64,000 nt of DNA. It comes from an uncultured Planctomycetota bacterium (lineage in GTDB: Bacteria; Planctomycetota; Planctomycetia; Isosphaerales; Isosphaeraceae). Under the pieces are notes generated by a model. That model was given only the letters and a program-made list of their open reading frames with translations. It ran no database searches and was not told the DNA's origin. Made by a program: the position numbers and the translations under genes. Shown here piece after piece: positions 24,930 through 36,894 of this stretch. Where the stretch lies: NCBI GenBank assembly GCA_963845755.1, contig CAWJTV010000005.1, forward strand, positions 783,861 through 847,860, given 5' to 3'. The stretch's first letter is position 1, and each line of letters begins with the position of its first letter.

Positions 24930-26948
24930 TGGCATCTCCTTCTCATCCGGCTCGCGATACGTCTTTTTGAGTTTCCGCGCCGTCGCGAGGAACACGCACC
25001 CCACGTACGCGCTGCGGTCCACGACTTTGACTTCCTGGAAGCCCGCTTCTTCCAAGAATGACACAGCCTGCACTTCCGTGTAGCGTCTGATGAGGGGTAC
25101 CATCTCCCGGTTTCTCGCGCGGGCACGCTCGAAGAGTTCCTTCTTCCTCTCCCATTCGCCCTTCTGTTCCAGGCTGCTCTGGATCTGCCGGAACAGCCTT
25201 TCCACGTCGGTCGTCTCGTCGGACGTTGACAGGGAAAGGATGCCATCGTACTTCAAGACCCGTCGGATCTCCTTGAGGCATTCCACCGGCTCGTCCAGGG
25301 CAAAGAGCACATTCATCATCACGCAGGCGTCGTAAGTCTCGTCCGCGACACCCGTGAAATCGCCGTTCCCACTCTGGTCATTCGACGATTCCCTCCCACT
25401 TAACGCACTGACGCAGTCGCAATGGCTGATGAATGTCCGGGTCAGGTAATCTTCCCGGCTCGACAGTTTGTCGTGGAGTTTCCGGAGCATGTGGTAGTTG
25501 ATATCGATGGCGTCTACTCGCCGGGTCGGCGAGGTTTCGAGGAGCCGGATTGTGGTGCTACCCGTGCCCGCACCGACGTCGAGACAATACTGGGCATCAC
25601 CAACCAGGTCGGCGACCCGCTTAACGAGCTCTCGGTTCTTCTCGAAATCGGCGATGATCTCGTCGTAGCAGTCGGCGTAGCGGGACCACAATTCCTCGCG
25701 CTGCATTCCGTCCTTGAGCCGCGCCCAAAGCGCAGCCGGTCGCTCGGCGTAAGTCATGTTTAGAGTCACACACCAATTCCCGCTATCGTCACGTAGCAGT
25801 GACGCGAGTTTGACGAACTCGACCAAGCCCAGTCGTCGGGTTCTTAACACCAATCGCTCCGAGTGGACACGAGGAACCTTGTCGGGCGGCGCACTCGGCG
25901 GGAAGTCACGCACCGATGTGGGTCGTACTTCATCTTCCCAGTTCTCGAGTTGGGTTAGAAAGGTCTGGACATGACTGCCGCGCCGCAGCTTGAGAGGCTC
26001 GCCGATGAGGCTTTGAAACGCGGAGTTCCAATGCAGGAACCGAAACTTACGGTCGAGGATATACGTTGGGGCGAGGTTGTCCAGCAGCGGGCTTTCTTCC
26101 CAGATGCAGAACTCGGCCGGATGGTGTTCGCCCTCAAGATCGGTGATCGGTGCGACTACCATGTCAGGCGACGTCGCGTTCTTCACGAAAAGCCGCGGTG
26201 TCTGCAGGCAGCCATCTTCCTGCACGCTCTTGTGGATGTGCCGGAACAGGTTGTTCACGGTGATCAGGCCGAGGACGTTTGAATCGGGAACGGCCCTGGT
26301 CATCGCCACTCTTCCCTCGAGTCCGGTGACGAGGTGCTTCGTGAAGACTCCGAGGCCGGCCTTGGTGTCACCGAAGGCCCGCTCGCCCGCCGAGCACGCC
26401 GTCATCAGATAGACGCCTTCTTCTACCGATTTGGACTCCAGCTTCTCGGCGAGCACTGCACGCTGGATCGCTGTGGCGGTTTGTTCCTCGAAGCGCTGGT
26501 CCGAGAAATCCATGGTCCCCTTCGGTTCAAGGCAGTTGCCCACGGCGCCGCTGTAGCAACAATCCAGCAGCATCAGCACGCGCCGGCACCGAGAGTGTTC
26601 GACGGTTTCCAGCACATCGTCGAACGAGACCCGACGATGGTGGTTAATCTCGTCGGTATCATTGGCGGCAAAGTGGAGGCGAAGCCTGTCATCCAGAAGG
26701 CCGTGGCCGGAAAAATAGATGAGGATGAACTCGGGAGCCGTGCTGAGCGTGGCGAGCGCTGCGATCCGATCCAGGATGGCTGTGCTCGAGTTATCGATCA
26801 TCGGGTCCCCGACCTGGAACGCCCCACGTTGCTTGCTTTCCAGGACGACTTTGAGACGGCGAACGTCGTTGACCGGCGTCTCCAGGTTGCGGAGGCTCGG
26901 GTAATGGGGAAAATGTCCGTTGGCGATGAGGATGGCATGTCTGCCCAT
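24926..26948 (-). CDS. Caspase-like peptidase (C14) fused to a PAS-like domain and a class I SAM-dependent methyltransferase
   Basis: LIYFSGHG and LLDCCYSGA His/Cys dyad; middle APTYILDRKFRFLHWNSAF PAS-like motif; C-terminal WSRYADCYD, LDVGAGTG, LKEIRRVLKYDG methyltransferase motifs. Confidence 0.85.
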
Positions 26949-27060
26949 GGTTGATCCAGGTCGGCGGCTTTGCCGGGTTATTCAGCCAACGTGACGAGAC
27001 CGCTGACGCTATGAACCAGAGCGGCCCAGTTTTCGAGGGCCGATGTTGCCTGGTCACGGG

Positions 27061-27392
27061 TTAGCCCCGCGCGGTGAACGTCAAACATTTTGTGTCATCA
27101 TCGACGTGTAAGTTATAGTGAATCTCGGCATTATCGGCGTTCGGCTGGACCGCGCGGATCGCCTCGATCAGGGACACCAGAGCACCGCCCGATGCAACGA
27201 TGGCGAGAGCGGTCAGGGAGACTGATTCGGCCTTACTCTCGACGAACTCCGCGACAGGTGGCGTCTCACTGGGGGGGGCGACTTGTTGGATGCCTGCCGC
27301 ATCTCGTAGCAAGTTCCGGAGGTTTGACGCCTGCCGAATCAAGACATCGCGCGAAGTGTGCGCGACTGAAGTTCGAGCGTGATATGCTGCAT
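27061..27392 (-). CDS. EACC1-like small membrane-associated protein; indel near 27340
   Basis: About 110 aa when MQHITLEL.. is joined to ORF 27061-27342; hydrophobic VSLTALAIVASGGALVSLIEAIRA segment; immediately upstream of and co-oriented with a caspase. Confidence 0.6.
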
Positions 27393-27779
27393 GATAACGC
27401 CCTTGATCATGCGGTGAAAGGAGATGGCATCTTCTTCACTCACCATCGAGACTGCCATCCTGCGCCGCGATCGGTATCTGCGGGGTCGATAACCTGCGAC
27501 GGCTAGATCGAGCGACGCCGACCAGCGAATGCGGCCGCGCCGCCGGCATATCGTGACCCCAGCACACGAATCGAAGTTTGCGGGGCGGCACATGTTACTT
27601 CTTGATTTGAAACCAAAGCGGCTGCGCGGGTCAAGCTACTGCCCGTTTTTTCCCGCTCTGCATGACCACCCCGTCCGCTTGTGCAGTCACCTGGAACCCA
27701 TCGCGGCGACGCAAGCAGATGGAGTTTCCACGGTCACGCGATGTGACAATCTGGAGACGTGGAAGTCGTTCGTTGTTCC

Positions 27780-28045
27780 TCATCTCGGCTCTGACTCGTC
27801 GGGCGCGACGGGGACCAGGGGTGGTCGGCGCCATACTGGTACTTCTTCGCCAGGTTCTCGTGATGGTCCGCGAGCCCTGGGTCCTCCGAAGGCGAGGACC
27901 GGATCATCTCAGCCATCTGACCGTGAGACGCGGCCAGCCGCATGAAATGGGCCGTCCGCTGCCAGAATGTGAGAGCCCCGAGCACCAGGGCGACGAACAG
28001 CACCACGATCATCCTCCGCCGCGTCGTCATCCGGGCGAGTCGCAT
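27780..28045 (-). CDS. Small single-TM hypothetical protein
   Basis: MRLARMTTRRRMIVVLFVALVLG.. then HHENLAKKYQYGADHPW; 3' end uncertain (probable indel). Confidence 0.55.
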
Positions 28046-28068
28046 GGGTGCTCTCCGGTTCCATGCGG

Positions 28069-28554
28069 TCATCCTCCGCCGTGGGCGAGGTACGCCTCGA
28101 CCATCAGGACGTTCGGCCCCGCCCGCTTGATCACCGCCAGCCGCGTCTCGGCGCTGGAGACCTCTTCCAGTTGCTCGTTGACGAACCACTGGAGGAAGTT
28201 CTTGGCGATGTGGTTCTTCTCCGTCGTCGCCAGCTCCACCAGGTCGTAGATCTGCCGGGTCGTCCGCAGTTCCGAGTCGAGAGCCAGTTGGACAGCATCC
28301 TCGGCGGATCGGAACTCGTTTCGTGGTGCAGCGACCTCGGGGATCACGACCCTCCCCCCCGCGTCGAGCACGAAACGGACGAACTTCATCGCGTGGTCGC
28401 GCTCCTCGTCCGCCTGCTTGAAGAAGATCTTGGCCAACCCGAACAGACATTCGCGCTCGAAGAACGACGCGATGGCGAGATACTGGTTCGAGTTGCCCAG
28501 CTCGTGGCCGACCTGGGCGTTGATGGCTTCATTGAACTTTTCGCTGATCAGCAT
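28069..28554 (-). CDS. ftnA: Ferritin
   Basis: INAQVGHELGNSNQYL, FFKQADEERDHAMK, SELRTT, FLQWFVNEQLEE ferroxidase motifs; 161 aa. Confidence 0.9.
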   Translation of the reverse strand: MLISEKFNEAINAQVGHELGNSNQYLAIASFFERECLFGLAKIFFKQADEERDHAMKFVRFVLDAGGRVVIPEVAAPRNEFRSAEDAVQLALDSELRTTRQIYDLVELATTEKNHIAKNFLQWFVNEQLEEVSSAETRLAVIKRAGPNVLMVEAYLAHGGG

Positions 28555-28993
28555 GGCTCGCCTTTCTTGGACGCGAGTCGTTACGGGATGACGAGGGGTC
28601 GGGACCGGACCGGATCGCCATGATGGTCTAAACTGCGGACGATGCTCTTGGGTAGCGTTGCACGGGTCTGAGTTCACTTTACTGACGTCAGAAAAAAAAA
28701 CCAGTGATGGCAACCGTGACTCGGATTTGAGGTAGGTCGAGATTTCCCGGTCGGACCGCCGACTATCGCCAAAGGGCTCCTGGTTCAGAAGCAAGAACCC
28801 GAACTCATACTCAGACACCTCATTATGAAAACAATGCTTGCGTGCATTGACGTGAAAGGGTTCCCGGTGGTTCGCGGTCAAGTCGAAACGATCGGCGATC
28901 ATGAGACGGGATTTCCGGTTGCCAGCAACCTTGACAGAGGTCGCCAACAGCGTTCAAATAACAAACCGACTACTCTGTTTTTTGGAGCGGGCG

Positions 28994-29629
28994 ATGAGGA
29001 CCGTCAGGCAGCCGAGGGCGGTGGAGACGCGGGAGAAGATCCTGGGGGAGGCATCGCGCTTGTTCGCCCTGAAGGGCTACCACGATACCAAGCTGGAGGA
29101 GGTCCTGAAGGCGGCGCAGGTCACGACGGGGGCATTTTTCCACCATTTCGGCAGCAAGGAGGAGCTGGGCTTCGCCGTGATCGACCGCCACATGGAGAAG
29201 CGTCGACAACTACTGGAGGACATCGAGAGACGCCTGCCGCCACCGGACCAGGATGACCCGTTGCAGCCGGTGTTCCGGCGACTGGACGCGATTCAGGAGA
29301 TGATTCGCCGCCGCGAGCAGCGCAAGGGCGGCTGCATCATCGGCAATCTCAGCACGGCGCTCAGCGATACCCACGACGCCTTCCGGCGGCGGCTGGCGGA
29401 GTGCTTCGAAGAGATGGACCTGGAGTTCAGGCCACACCTGGCCGCCGCCGCGGTCAAGTATTGCCCAGGGCGGTCCGTGGACGCCGGTGCGTTGGCGCGC
29501 TATATCGTGGCCATCGTCGAGGGCTCGATCATGCTCACGCGCACCCAGCAAGACCGGCACATGATGGCGCGCCACTTCGACTACCTGAAGGAGCACCTGA
29601 AGCAATCGCTCTGCGTTCACGGCTCATGA
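28994..29629 (+). CDS. TetR/AcrR-family transcriptional regulator
   Basis: TREKILGEASRLFALKGYHDTKLEEVLKAAQVTTGAFFHHFGSKEEL HTH; GGCIIGNL C-terminal motif. Confidence 0.92.
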   Translation: MRTVRQPRAVETREKILGEASRLFALKGYHDTKLEEVLKAAQVTTGAFFHHFGSKEELGFAVIDRHMEKRRQLLEDIERRLPPPDQDDPLQPVFRRLDAIQEMIRRREQRKGGCIIGNLSTALSDTHDAFRRRLAECFEEMDLEFRPHLAAAAVKYCPGRSVDAGALARYIVAIVEGSIMLTRTQQDRHMMARHFDYLKEHLKQSLCVHGS

Positions 29630-29938
29630 GGGAAGGAATGTTCGGCCCGGCTCGCCGCTCGTCGAACGCGCGTCGTGCTGGCGGAGGTGTCGCCCGACCG
29701 TACATGGCCATGTCAATCCTGGGTAGCGAGGACTCGGGACCCATGACGAAGCTGAGCGTGTTCGCGATGTCGTACGAGACAGGATCGACACATGTTGGTA
29801 CGCCATTTCGATGACCTGAAAGAACGGCTACGGCAGGCTTGCCAGATCCGGGTCGCTCGAGCCCACTACTCGGGTATGCCGTTTGTTCATGCGGATGGGT
29901 TGCCTACGAGACGAACTCCAACTGAAGGATAGAACCCG

Positions 29939-30608
29939 ATGAAGAGTCGCATTCGCTTCCGTGTCGGCGTGATGGCTTTGGCCGTGGTCGCGGTCGCGGG
30001 CCAGTCCTCCCAAAGAGCCGCCGCCCAGGTGCCGGATGAGAACCGCAAGCAGCTCGTGGAGGCCCTGGGCGCTCCCTTCATCGTTTTCCGCGAAAAAGTC
30101 CTGGACGAACTCAAGGTCTCCGACGAGCAGAGGGAGAAGCTGATGCAGTACATGATGGAGCAGATCATGGAAACCGGCCCATTCCTCGACGCGTTGACCG
30201 AGACCGGGCAGGAACGTGAAAAAAAGCTCAACGAGCACCGGAAGCATGCCAAGGAGAAGCTCGACAAGCAACTGAAGGACGTGCTCCAGCCCGGACAACG
30301 GAGTCGGTTGCGCCAGGTGACGCTCCAGCGAGAGGGCAGCTTTTGCCCTCGGCCAGGAGGACGTCCGGAAAGAGCTGAAGATCACGCAGGAGCAACTGAA
30401 CCAATTCATGGCCGTGGTGCATGACTTGCAAAAGAAGGTCGAGCCTCTGGTCAAGGAGGCGCACTCGGGCGGCAATCCGGAAGAGATTCGACCGAAAATC
30501 GAGCAGCTCCGCAGGGACCACGCCAAGAAGCTCGAAGCCGTCCTCACCGACGCCCAGAAAAAGCAGTGGCAAGAGCTGCTTGGCCCACCGTTCGAGCTGG
30601 GTGATTGA
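29939..30608 (+). CDS. Secreted helical protein, Spy/CpxP-like LTxxQ repeats; indel near 30345
   Basis: Signal peptide; ELKVSDEQREKL, VLQPGQRSRLRQVTLQ, VLTDAQKKQWQELLGPPF. Confidence 0.7.
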
Positions 30609-30657
30609 TCGGGGTCGTCCCCTCACGATGTTGGCTAGAATACTCGGGGGTCCTGCG

Positions 30658-31980
30658 ATGAATGATGGAACAACGCGACGCCGTTTTCTCGAGGGTTCCG
30701 CCAGCACCGGGGCGGGGCATATCGCTTTGACTACCTTGAGCGCCAGTCCCTTCGCAGACGTTGTAGGGGCCAATGATCGGGTGCAGATCGGCGTGATTGG
30801 GACAGGCGGCCGAGCTTTGCAGTTGATGGACCATTTGATCCCCAAACCGAGGGATCCTGTTCAAGCCGGAATTCCGCAATGGAAGACAAAGCACGTGGAC
30901 GGGGCCGACCTGGTGGCCGTGGCAGACGTCTACGAGCCCCATCGCAACCAGGCCGCCGCCAGGGCCGGTCCGAACACGACCAAGTTCCACGACTACCGCA
31001 TGCTCCTGGATCGAAAGGATGTCCAGGCCGTGATCATCGCGGCCCCCGACCACTGGCACAAACAAATGCTCCTCGATGCAGTCGCGGCGGGAAAGGACGT
31101 CTACCTCGAGAAACCGGTGACCCACACGCTCGAGGAAGGTCCCGACGAGATCCAGGCCGTGGAGAATAGCGACCGGATCGTGCAGACCGGTACCCAACAA
31201 CGCAGTTGGCCTCACTACGTCCAGGGCCAACAAATCCTCGCATCGGGGGACCTGGGCGTCGTGCGGCTTGTGGAAGCCTTCTGGTTCATGAATTACGGCG
31301 TGAGAGGAGTCAATTCGCTTCCAAGAAGTCAGGTGCCTCCGGCCAATCTCGACTGGAAGGCCTGGCTGGGCTCGGCGCCCGCCCAGCCTTTCAATCCGAT
31401 GAAATTCCGGACATGGCGGCAGTTCTGGGATTTTGGCGGCGGCAATCTTGCCGACTTGATGACCCATGCGATCGAGACTGTTCACTGGTACATGGAGTGC
31501 GACACGCCAACCAGCGCGGTTGGCATCGGCCACACTTACGACTGGCCCTTTGAGTGTCCGGATAACCTGAGTTGTACGCTGGAGTATCCCAAGGGATTCC
31601 TGGTGACTTATGCGGGCTGCCACACGATGGGAATGGATTTCGGCAGCATCGTCTTCCACGGCTCCAAGGCGACCCTGGAAATCAGCCGGGCCGCTCTGGC
31701 TCTCTACGAAGAGGATCGCGGCCGAGGCTGGCCGAAGTTCAACCGGGCCGAACGGCGCTGGCGGCCGGAGCCCAAGATCTATGTCGAATCCGAGCACGAG
31801 GGGACCTCTGACCATCTGCGCAACTGGCTGGAATGCATCCGCAGCCGGAAGCAGCCCAATGCTCCCATCCGGGTCGGCGTGGCCGCCGCGCGGGCGGCCC
31901 ATATTGGTAACGCGGCCCTGCGCAGTGGAAAAAAAGTCAAGTGGGACGAGAAGCAGCAGAAGTTGGTCTTCGCCGAATAG
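30658..31980 (+). CDS. Gfo/Idh/MocA-family oxidoreductase (Tat signal)
   Basis: TRRRFL Tat motif, IGVIGTGGR, PDHWH, KDVYLEKPV, VQTGTQQRS. Confidence 0.93.
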   Translation: MNDGTTRRRFLEGSASTGAGHIALTTLSASPFADVVGANDRVQIGVIGTGGRALQLMDHLIPKPRDPVQAGIPQWKTKHVDGADLVAVADVYEPHRNQAAARAGPNTTKFHDYRMLLDRKDVQAVIIAAPDHWHKQMLLDAVAAGKDVYLEKPVTHTLEEGPDEIQAVENSDRIVQTGTQQRSWPHYVQGQQILASGDLGVVRLVEAFWFMNYGVRGVNSLPRSQVPPANLDWKAWLGSAPAQPFNPMKFRTWRQFWDFGGGNLADLMTHAIETVHWYMECDTPTSAVGIGHTYDWPFECPDNLSCTLEYPKGFLVTYAGCHTMGMDFGSIVFHGSKATLEISRAALALYEEDRGRGWPKFNRAERRWRPEPKIYVESEHEGTSDHLRNWLECIRSRKQPNAPIRVGVAAARAAHIGNAALRSGKKVKWDEKQQKLVFAE

Positions 31981-32008
31981 AAGAACGGCGCACGAGAGGA
32001 GCAACTCC

Positions 32009-32653
32009 ATGAGTCGGGGCAGGGTTATCATACTGTCGCTGGCAATCGGAATCGTCGTGGCTGGCATCAGCATGCTCGCGCCAATTCGCGCCGACGACAC
32101 GGCGGCTTTCAAGCCGCTCTTCAATGGCAGGGATCTCGAAGGCTGGGAGGCGACCAGGCCGGAGTTGTGGAGCGTCAGGGACGGCATGATCATCGGCAAA
32201 CAGGGCAAGAATCAGCTCAAGAAAAACACATTCTTGGCAACCAAGGAAAAATACGCGGACTTCGTTCTGAAGGCCTCGGTTCGACTGGTAAGAGATGAAG
32301 GCAACAGTGGCATCCAGTTCCGGACAAGAATCCTGCCCGATGGCACAGCCAGGGGCTATCAGGCCGACGTCGCCAAGGGATACTGGGGCCTGCTTCTGGA
32401 GGAAGGCAGCCCGAAGCGACTCATCATCGAGCGGCCTGCTCCCGAGGCCGTGAAGAAACTGAAGCCCGACGAGTGGAACGAATATGAGATCACCGCCAAA
32501 GACCACCACATCACACTGGTATTGAACGGAATCAAGTCCGTCGATCTGGAAGACACGTCGGGAGACCTCAACGGTGTCGTCGCGCTCCAGCTCCACGTAG
32601 GGCCGGTGATGGAGGTGCAATTCAAGGACATCAAGATCAAGGAATTGGAATAG
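32009..32653 (+). CDS. DUF1080 (3-keto-disaccharide hydrolase-like) protein
   Basis: FKPLFNGRDLEGW, GNSGIQFR, GYQADV, EWNEYEI, VALQLH, VQFKDIKIKEL. Confidence 0.92.
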   Translation: MSRGRVIILSLAIGIVVAGISMLAPIRADDTAAFKPLFNGRDLEGWEATRPELWSVRDGMIIGKQGKNQLKKNTFLATKEKYADFVLKASVRLVRDEGNSGIQFRTRILPDGTARGYQADVAKGYWGLLLEEGSPKRLIIERPAPEAVKKLKPDEWNEYEITAKDHHITLVLNGIKSVDLEDTSGDLNGVVALQLHVGPVMEVQFKDIKIKELE

Positions 32654-32947
32654 TGAGCTCTGATGTGGGACGAAACAGGGAGGCGCCTGGTTTTTCAGGA
32701 CGGCGGAGGCGGCTTGGAGGAAGCCCCTGAAACCGCCCGACCTTCACACGGAAGTCGGCACGAGATGGCGGCGTGCCGATCATGGCGGGGATCGGCTCAG
32801 CAACGCCCCAGAGGTAAAACTTGAGGGCGAGCCCTTTCGCCACTGCAGCGGTGCGGCTGATGATCCGAGGCCATCTTCGTGATGCGCTCATACGTCATGC
32901 ATAGCAGGCATTCCGTGATCGAGCAAGAGATCGGTGGGAATGCGAGG

Positions 32948-33280
32948 TCATGGAAACGGGGGGGGAAACCTCAGGGCCAGAGCTCGGGATCCTGGGGAAG
33001 TCCTCAATTGGAGGCCAAGAACGGATCCCGACCCTTTTGTGCCTTTTCTCGCCGCGTGGCTGATGGGCGGCTCCGTCGCCGGCCCGGCGATCAGCCCGAG
33101 CTCATGGTCTCCGCCGTACTCGTGCTCGGCAAGTTCGTGGGCGACCATCTCCTCCGCCCGGTCCGCGATCCGGGTGCGCCGCCACATCCTCCGGGTGTCC
33201 TCCTCGTAGTTCGCCAGAAACTCGGGATTCATCAGCCCCGAATCCAACGTGATCTATTACGAGTGCGACACGGTACCCCT
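32948..33280 (-). pseudogene. Decayed remnant of a hypothetical gene
   Basis: Frame continues past the kinase stop as *RGTVSHS**ITLDSGLMNPEFL..VAHELAEHEYGGDH; protein-like but carries in-frame stops and lacks a good start. Confidence 0.35.
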
Positions 33281-36200
33281 TCACTGGACGCCGGGGAAGA
33301 TGATGTGAATCTCGCCGCGGCGGCTGTTCTCGTTCAGCCATCGCAGAAAAAGCTCTCTCCTGCTTTCCCTGGTCCTATTGCTCGACTTTGTCATCATCCT
33401 CTTTCTGAAGGCGGTACTATCAAATTCGCCCTTGTAAGTGGGGTAGCTGGGCACGATTTGCGTCAAGGACTCCAATGAGAAGTGCCCGTTCAGATAGCCA
33501 TCCGCCAGTAGATCCGTTGTCTCCTCGGGAGTGAAAAACTCGCTCAGCAGGATCAGAGGGCAACTCGACTCCCTGCAACGATCAATTCTTCCCAGCAATG
33601 CTTCTCTAAAGTACTGCCTAAGTTCTTTACTTACCTTTTTATAAGTTATATTATTTGATATATAGATATGAGAATATTTTAAGGAAAGAGATGGATCGCT
33701 CGTAAAGTCATGGGCGGCGATGAGGTCGGGGGCAAGCTCACTCCATCTGGCGTTGGATGGATCCAAGTCGATCAGCACATCGGCAGCGAAGTATCTCTGC
33801 CAGATTGCCCGCCCCTTGTCAGCGGCTATCTCCCACATCCGGGCTGAGAACCCTGGGTCATGTTTCTGCAGGATCGACGAAGCGAAGTCGGCTCCGGGTT
33901 CGGTTGGATAAGAAGCACCGAACCCTGGTCGTTTCGATCCCTTCTTGATGGGAAGAATCTGAAGGTAGAGGCTGTCCCGGATGTCGGGATGCGTGGGCAT
34001 GAGTGCAGCACTGTAACGCATAATTTTATATGCATTATTATCCCTCTTTGCGTCGGCAAGCTCGCTCTCCAGCATGGGGTCGATCCAGAAGCGGAAGGAT
34101 TTCATGTTGTCGATCGCCTCCATGGAGGCGAGTCCCATCCGGAATTGATCGGCTAACAACGTCGCCCTGACATACTGACTCACGACGACCGGGAATACGC
34201 ATGATAATGCGATGATGAACAGGGCGGAAATCAAGCCGGCTCTGTGCTTCCTTGAGGCGGCTCGCAACATGCGACGCTCCAATGGGCTCCACTTCGCTTT
34301 CCTAGTCAGCGCGAGAATGCCGAGCCACTCCGAGAAGCTGGGCAGGCTTTGCCTCCTCGGATTTGCGCCCCATACTCTCGCCGCTTCGGCGAGCCGGATC
34401 TCTGCCTTTCCCCTGCGGGTCTGCCGCTGTTTGCGGCTCAGCCACTCGCGCAGGGAGTGGACCAGATAATCGTGGCTCAACTGGTAATAACGCTCTCCAG
34501 TCCTCAGACTTGATTGATCGTCGTCTGAACCTTCCGGGTCCGTCGGCGTGATCAGTCGAAGATCCTGGTCGAGGATTCGGATCAAGTCTTCGAAGTCCCT
34601 GGGACGGTTTGCATAGCCCGATGCGTCGAGCAACTCGTGGCGTGATCGCATCTCCCCTTTGATGTCGGTGCCGGTCTCGGGCAACAGGGTTTTCAACACC
34701 GCCTGCGCCGGCTTCTGGTGGAAGCGGTGCTTGGGGTTGGCCTGGGGGGAACTGAACGCCTCGTCGAGGAACGTGGCGCCCACGCCCTCGGTGCCACCGA
34801 CCTCCCTCAAGGTCGCCGGAGTCCAGGGCTTCCCCTTGACCATCTCGGCGAACAGGGCGAGCCGCACCGAGACCACCTTACCGTCCTGGGCCAGCTCGTC
34901 GATCGTCTGGTCCAGGAAGGCGTGCTGATCCCTGGAGAGGTCGGCCGTACGATCAGGCAGATTCCCATAGGCGGTCCCGAAGGCGGAAAGCACCTTGCGT
35001 GCATGGCGACGGTCGAAAAGATCGACGGCAGCCGTGTTCTGCCCCTTGAGGAGTTCGACTTCCAGGGCATCCATGAACCGGGTCGCCGCCATCCAGAAAT
35101 CATCCCGCACCATCACGATGGCCTGGACATGCTCGCCGTCGCATTGCCTCAAGGCAGCGACCAGTTCCGTGTTCCCCTCCCCACGGCTGGCATGGAGCCA
35201 CTGCTCGAATTGGTCCAGAACCAGGAGCACTTTCCGACCGGAGCGGAGCAGCCGTCCCGAGCGGATCGCCGCCAGGGAACCGACCAGACTGACCTCCGCC
35301 GGCAAGTCCGGACTGACCTTCCGGAGCCCTCTCAGCAGCCGATTCTCCGTGTCCTCCGGGGTCGCCTCGATGTACACGGGCGAGACGTACTTCGCCAGAC
35401 GAGGGAGCAGACCAGCCTTGACCATCGAGGACTTCCCGCACCCCGAGGGACCGTAGATCAGCCCGACGCGGAATGTACGGTCAGGATCGGTCGTCTCGAT
35501 GCGGGCTTTCCAGAAGCGGATGCTGTCGGGCAGACCGTCGCGGTCTCTCGGTCCCGGGAGCAATTCCAGGAAGAAGTCGGCGTCTTGATCGTCAAACGAT
35601 CGCAGCCCCTTCGGGACAATCCTGATCGGGTGCAAGTCCGAGTCGGGAGCCTGGGGAGTGATCGGTGGCGGGGTGACCTCCCGGGGCGAGCCAGTGGGCA
35701 GATTGGCGGCGGCGCCGGGCGACACCGGGAGCGCGGGACTGACCTCATGATCCAGGAAGTAGCGAAGGTCTTCCGCCATGTCCCTGGCGGTCGTGTACCG
35801 CTCGGACGCCCGCTTCGCCAGCGCCTTCAAGCAGATCCGTTCCAGTTCCCTGGGGATCGTATCGTCGATCTGGCGAGGTGGGCGAGCCTCAGCCTGAGTC
35901 ACCTGCTCGATGATCTCCCGCAACGAATCGCCCCGGAATGGTCTTCTCCCCGTCAGCATCTCGTACAACACGACTCCCAGGCTAAAGATGTCCGAACGCC
36001 CATCGACCCGGTGACCCTCGCCTCGTGCCTGCTCGGGACTCATGTAGGATGGCGTGCCAGCCAGTCTCCCGCTTCTGCCGGAATCCTCGTCTTTGAGCGC
36101 CAACCCGAAGTCAGCGACACAGGGCTTGCCCGAGGCATCGATGAGGATGTTGGCGGGCTTGATGTCCCGGTGTACGAGTCCCTGGGTGTGCGGCGTAATG

Positions 36201-36705
36201 GAGCGCCTCGGCGACGATGGCGACGAGTTCCGCCGATTCGCGGAATCCGGGGCGAGCCTGTCCCATTCTGACCGCCAGATCGCTGCCTTCGACGAGCTTC
36301 GAGACCACGAAGCAGAGCCCGTCTTCCGTGCGACCCACGTCATGAACTGGCACGATATGGGGATGGTCCAGCTTGGCGAGGATGCGAGCTTCGTTCAGAT
36401 ACGACTCCATATCCTCGGGATGGGCGATACATCCGGGGTTCGGAACCTTGATCGCGACCGGACGATCGAGGTCGTCGTCGTGCGCGAGGTAGACCCGTCC
36501 GAATCCGCCCTGACCGAGGAGCCGGGCGATCCGGTAGCGCCCCAATCTTGATGGGATTGCCTGTCGCTGTTGCTCCGGTGCCGTCGCCAGGCGTCTTCGG
36601 AACCTCTGTTCCCGACACGTCTCTTGTCTCGTCCGAGGTGTAACTGGAGACCTCGACGTGCGGTCGCAGGTCCTCGGTTATAGACGGGTTCTTCGTCTCA
36701 TCCAT
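33281..36705 (-). CDS. Ser/Thr protein kinase fused to a STAND-like P-loop NTPase, TM helix and divergent C-terminal domain; indels near 36545 and 36195
   Basis: LGQGGFGRVY, VAIK, HRDIKPANIL, DFG, GTPSYMSPEQ; Walker A GPSGCGKSS and Walker B LLVLDQFE. Confidence 0.9.
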
Positions 36706-36894
36706 CGCCCGGTCCTCGACGACGACCGATCGCACACAGGACGACCCGTTAGGATACCGCGCGGCACGGTTGGTTGCACCTGGTCGAGGACTCGCAGTCT
36801 TCCACTCCCGGGGCTCGCGAGTTCGACCCAAGCGCGGCTTCGCCCGTCGCAGACCACCTACCCGGGGGAAAAGCGGGGGAAAGGGGACGCGGCT

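Noticed and set aside
28960..28985. TetR operator palindrome upstream of the TetR gene
   Set aside because: Only weak dyad symmetry; not distinguishable from chance by eye
33245..33285. Stop-codon readthrough or selenocysteine at the kinase TGA
   Set aside because: TAA and TAG follow in frame seven codons later
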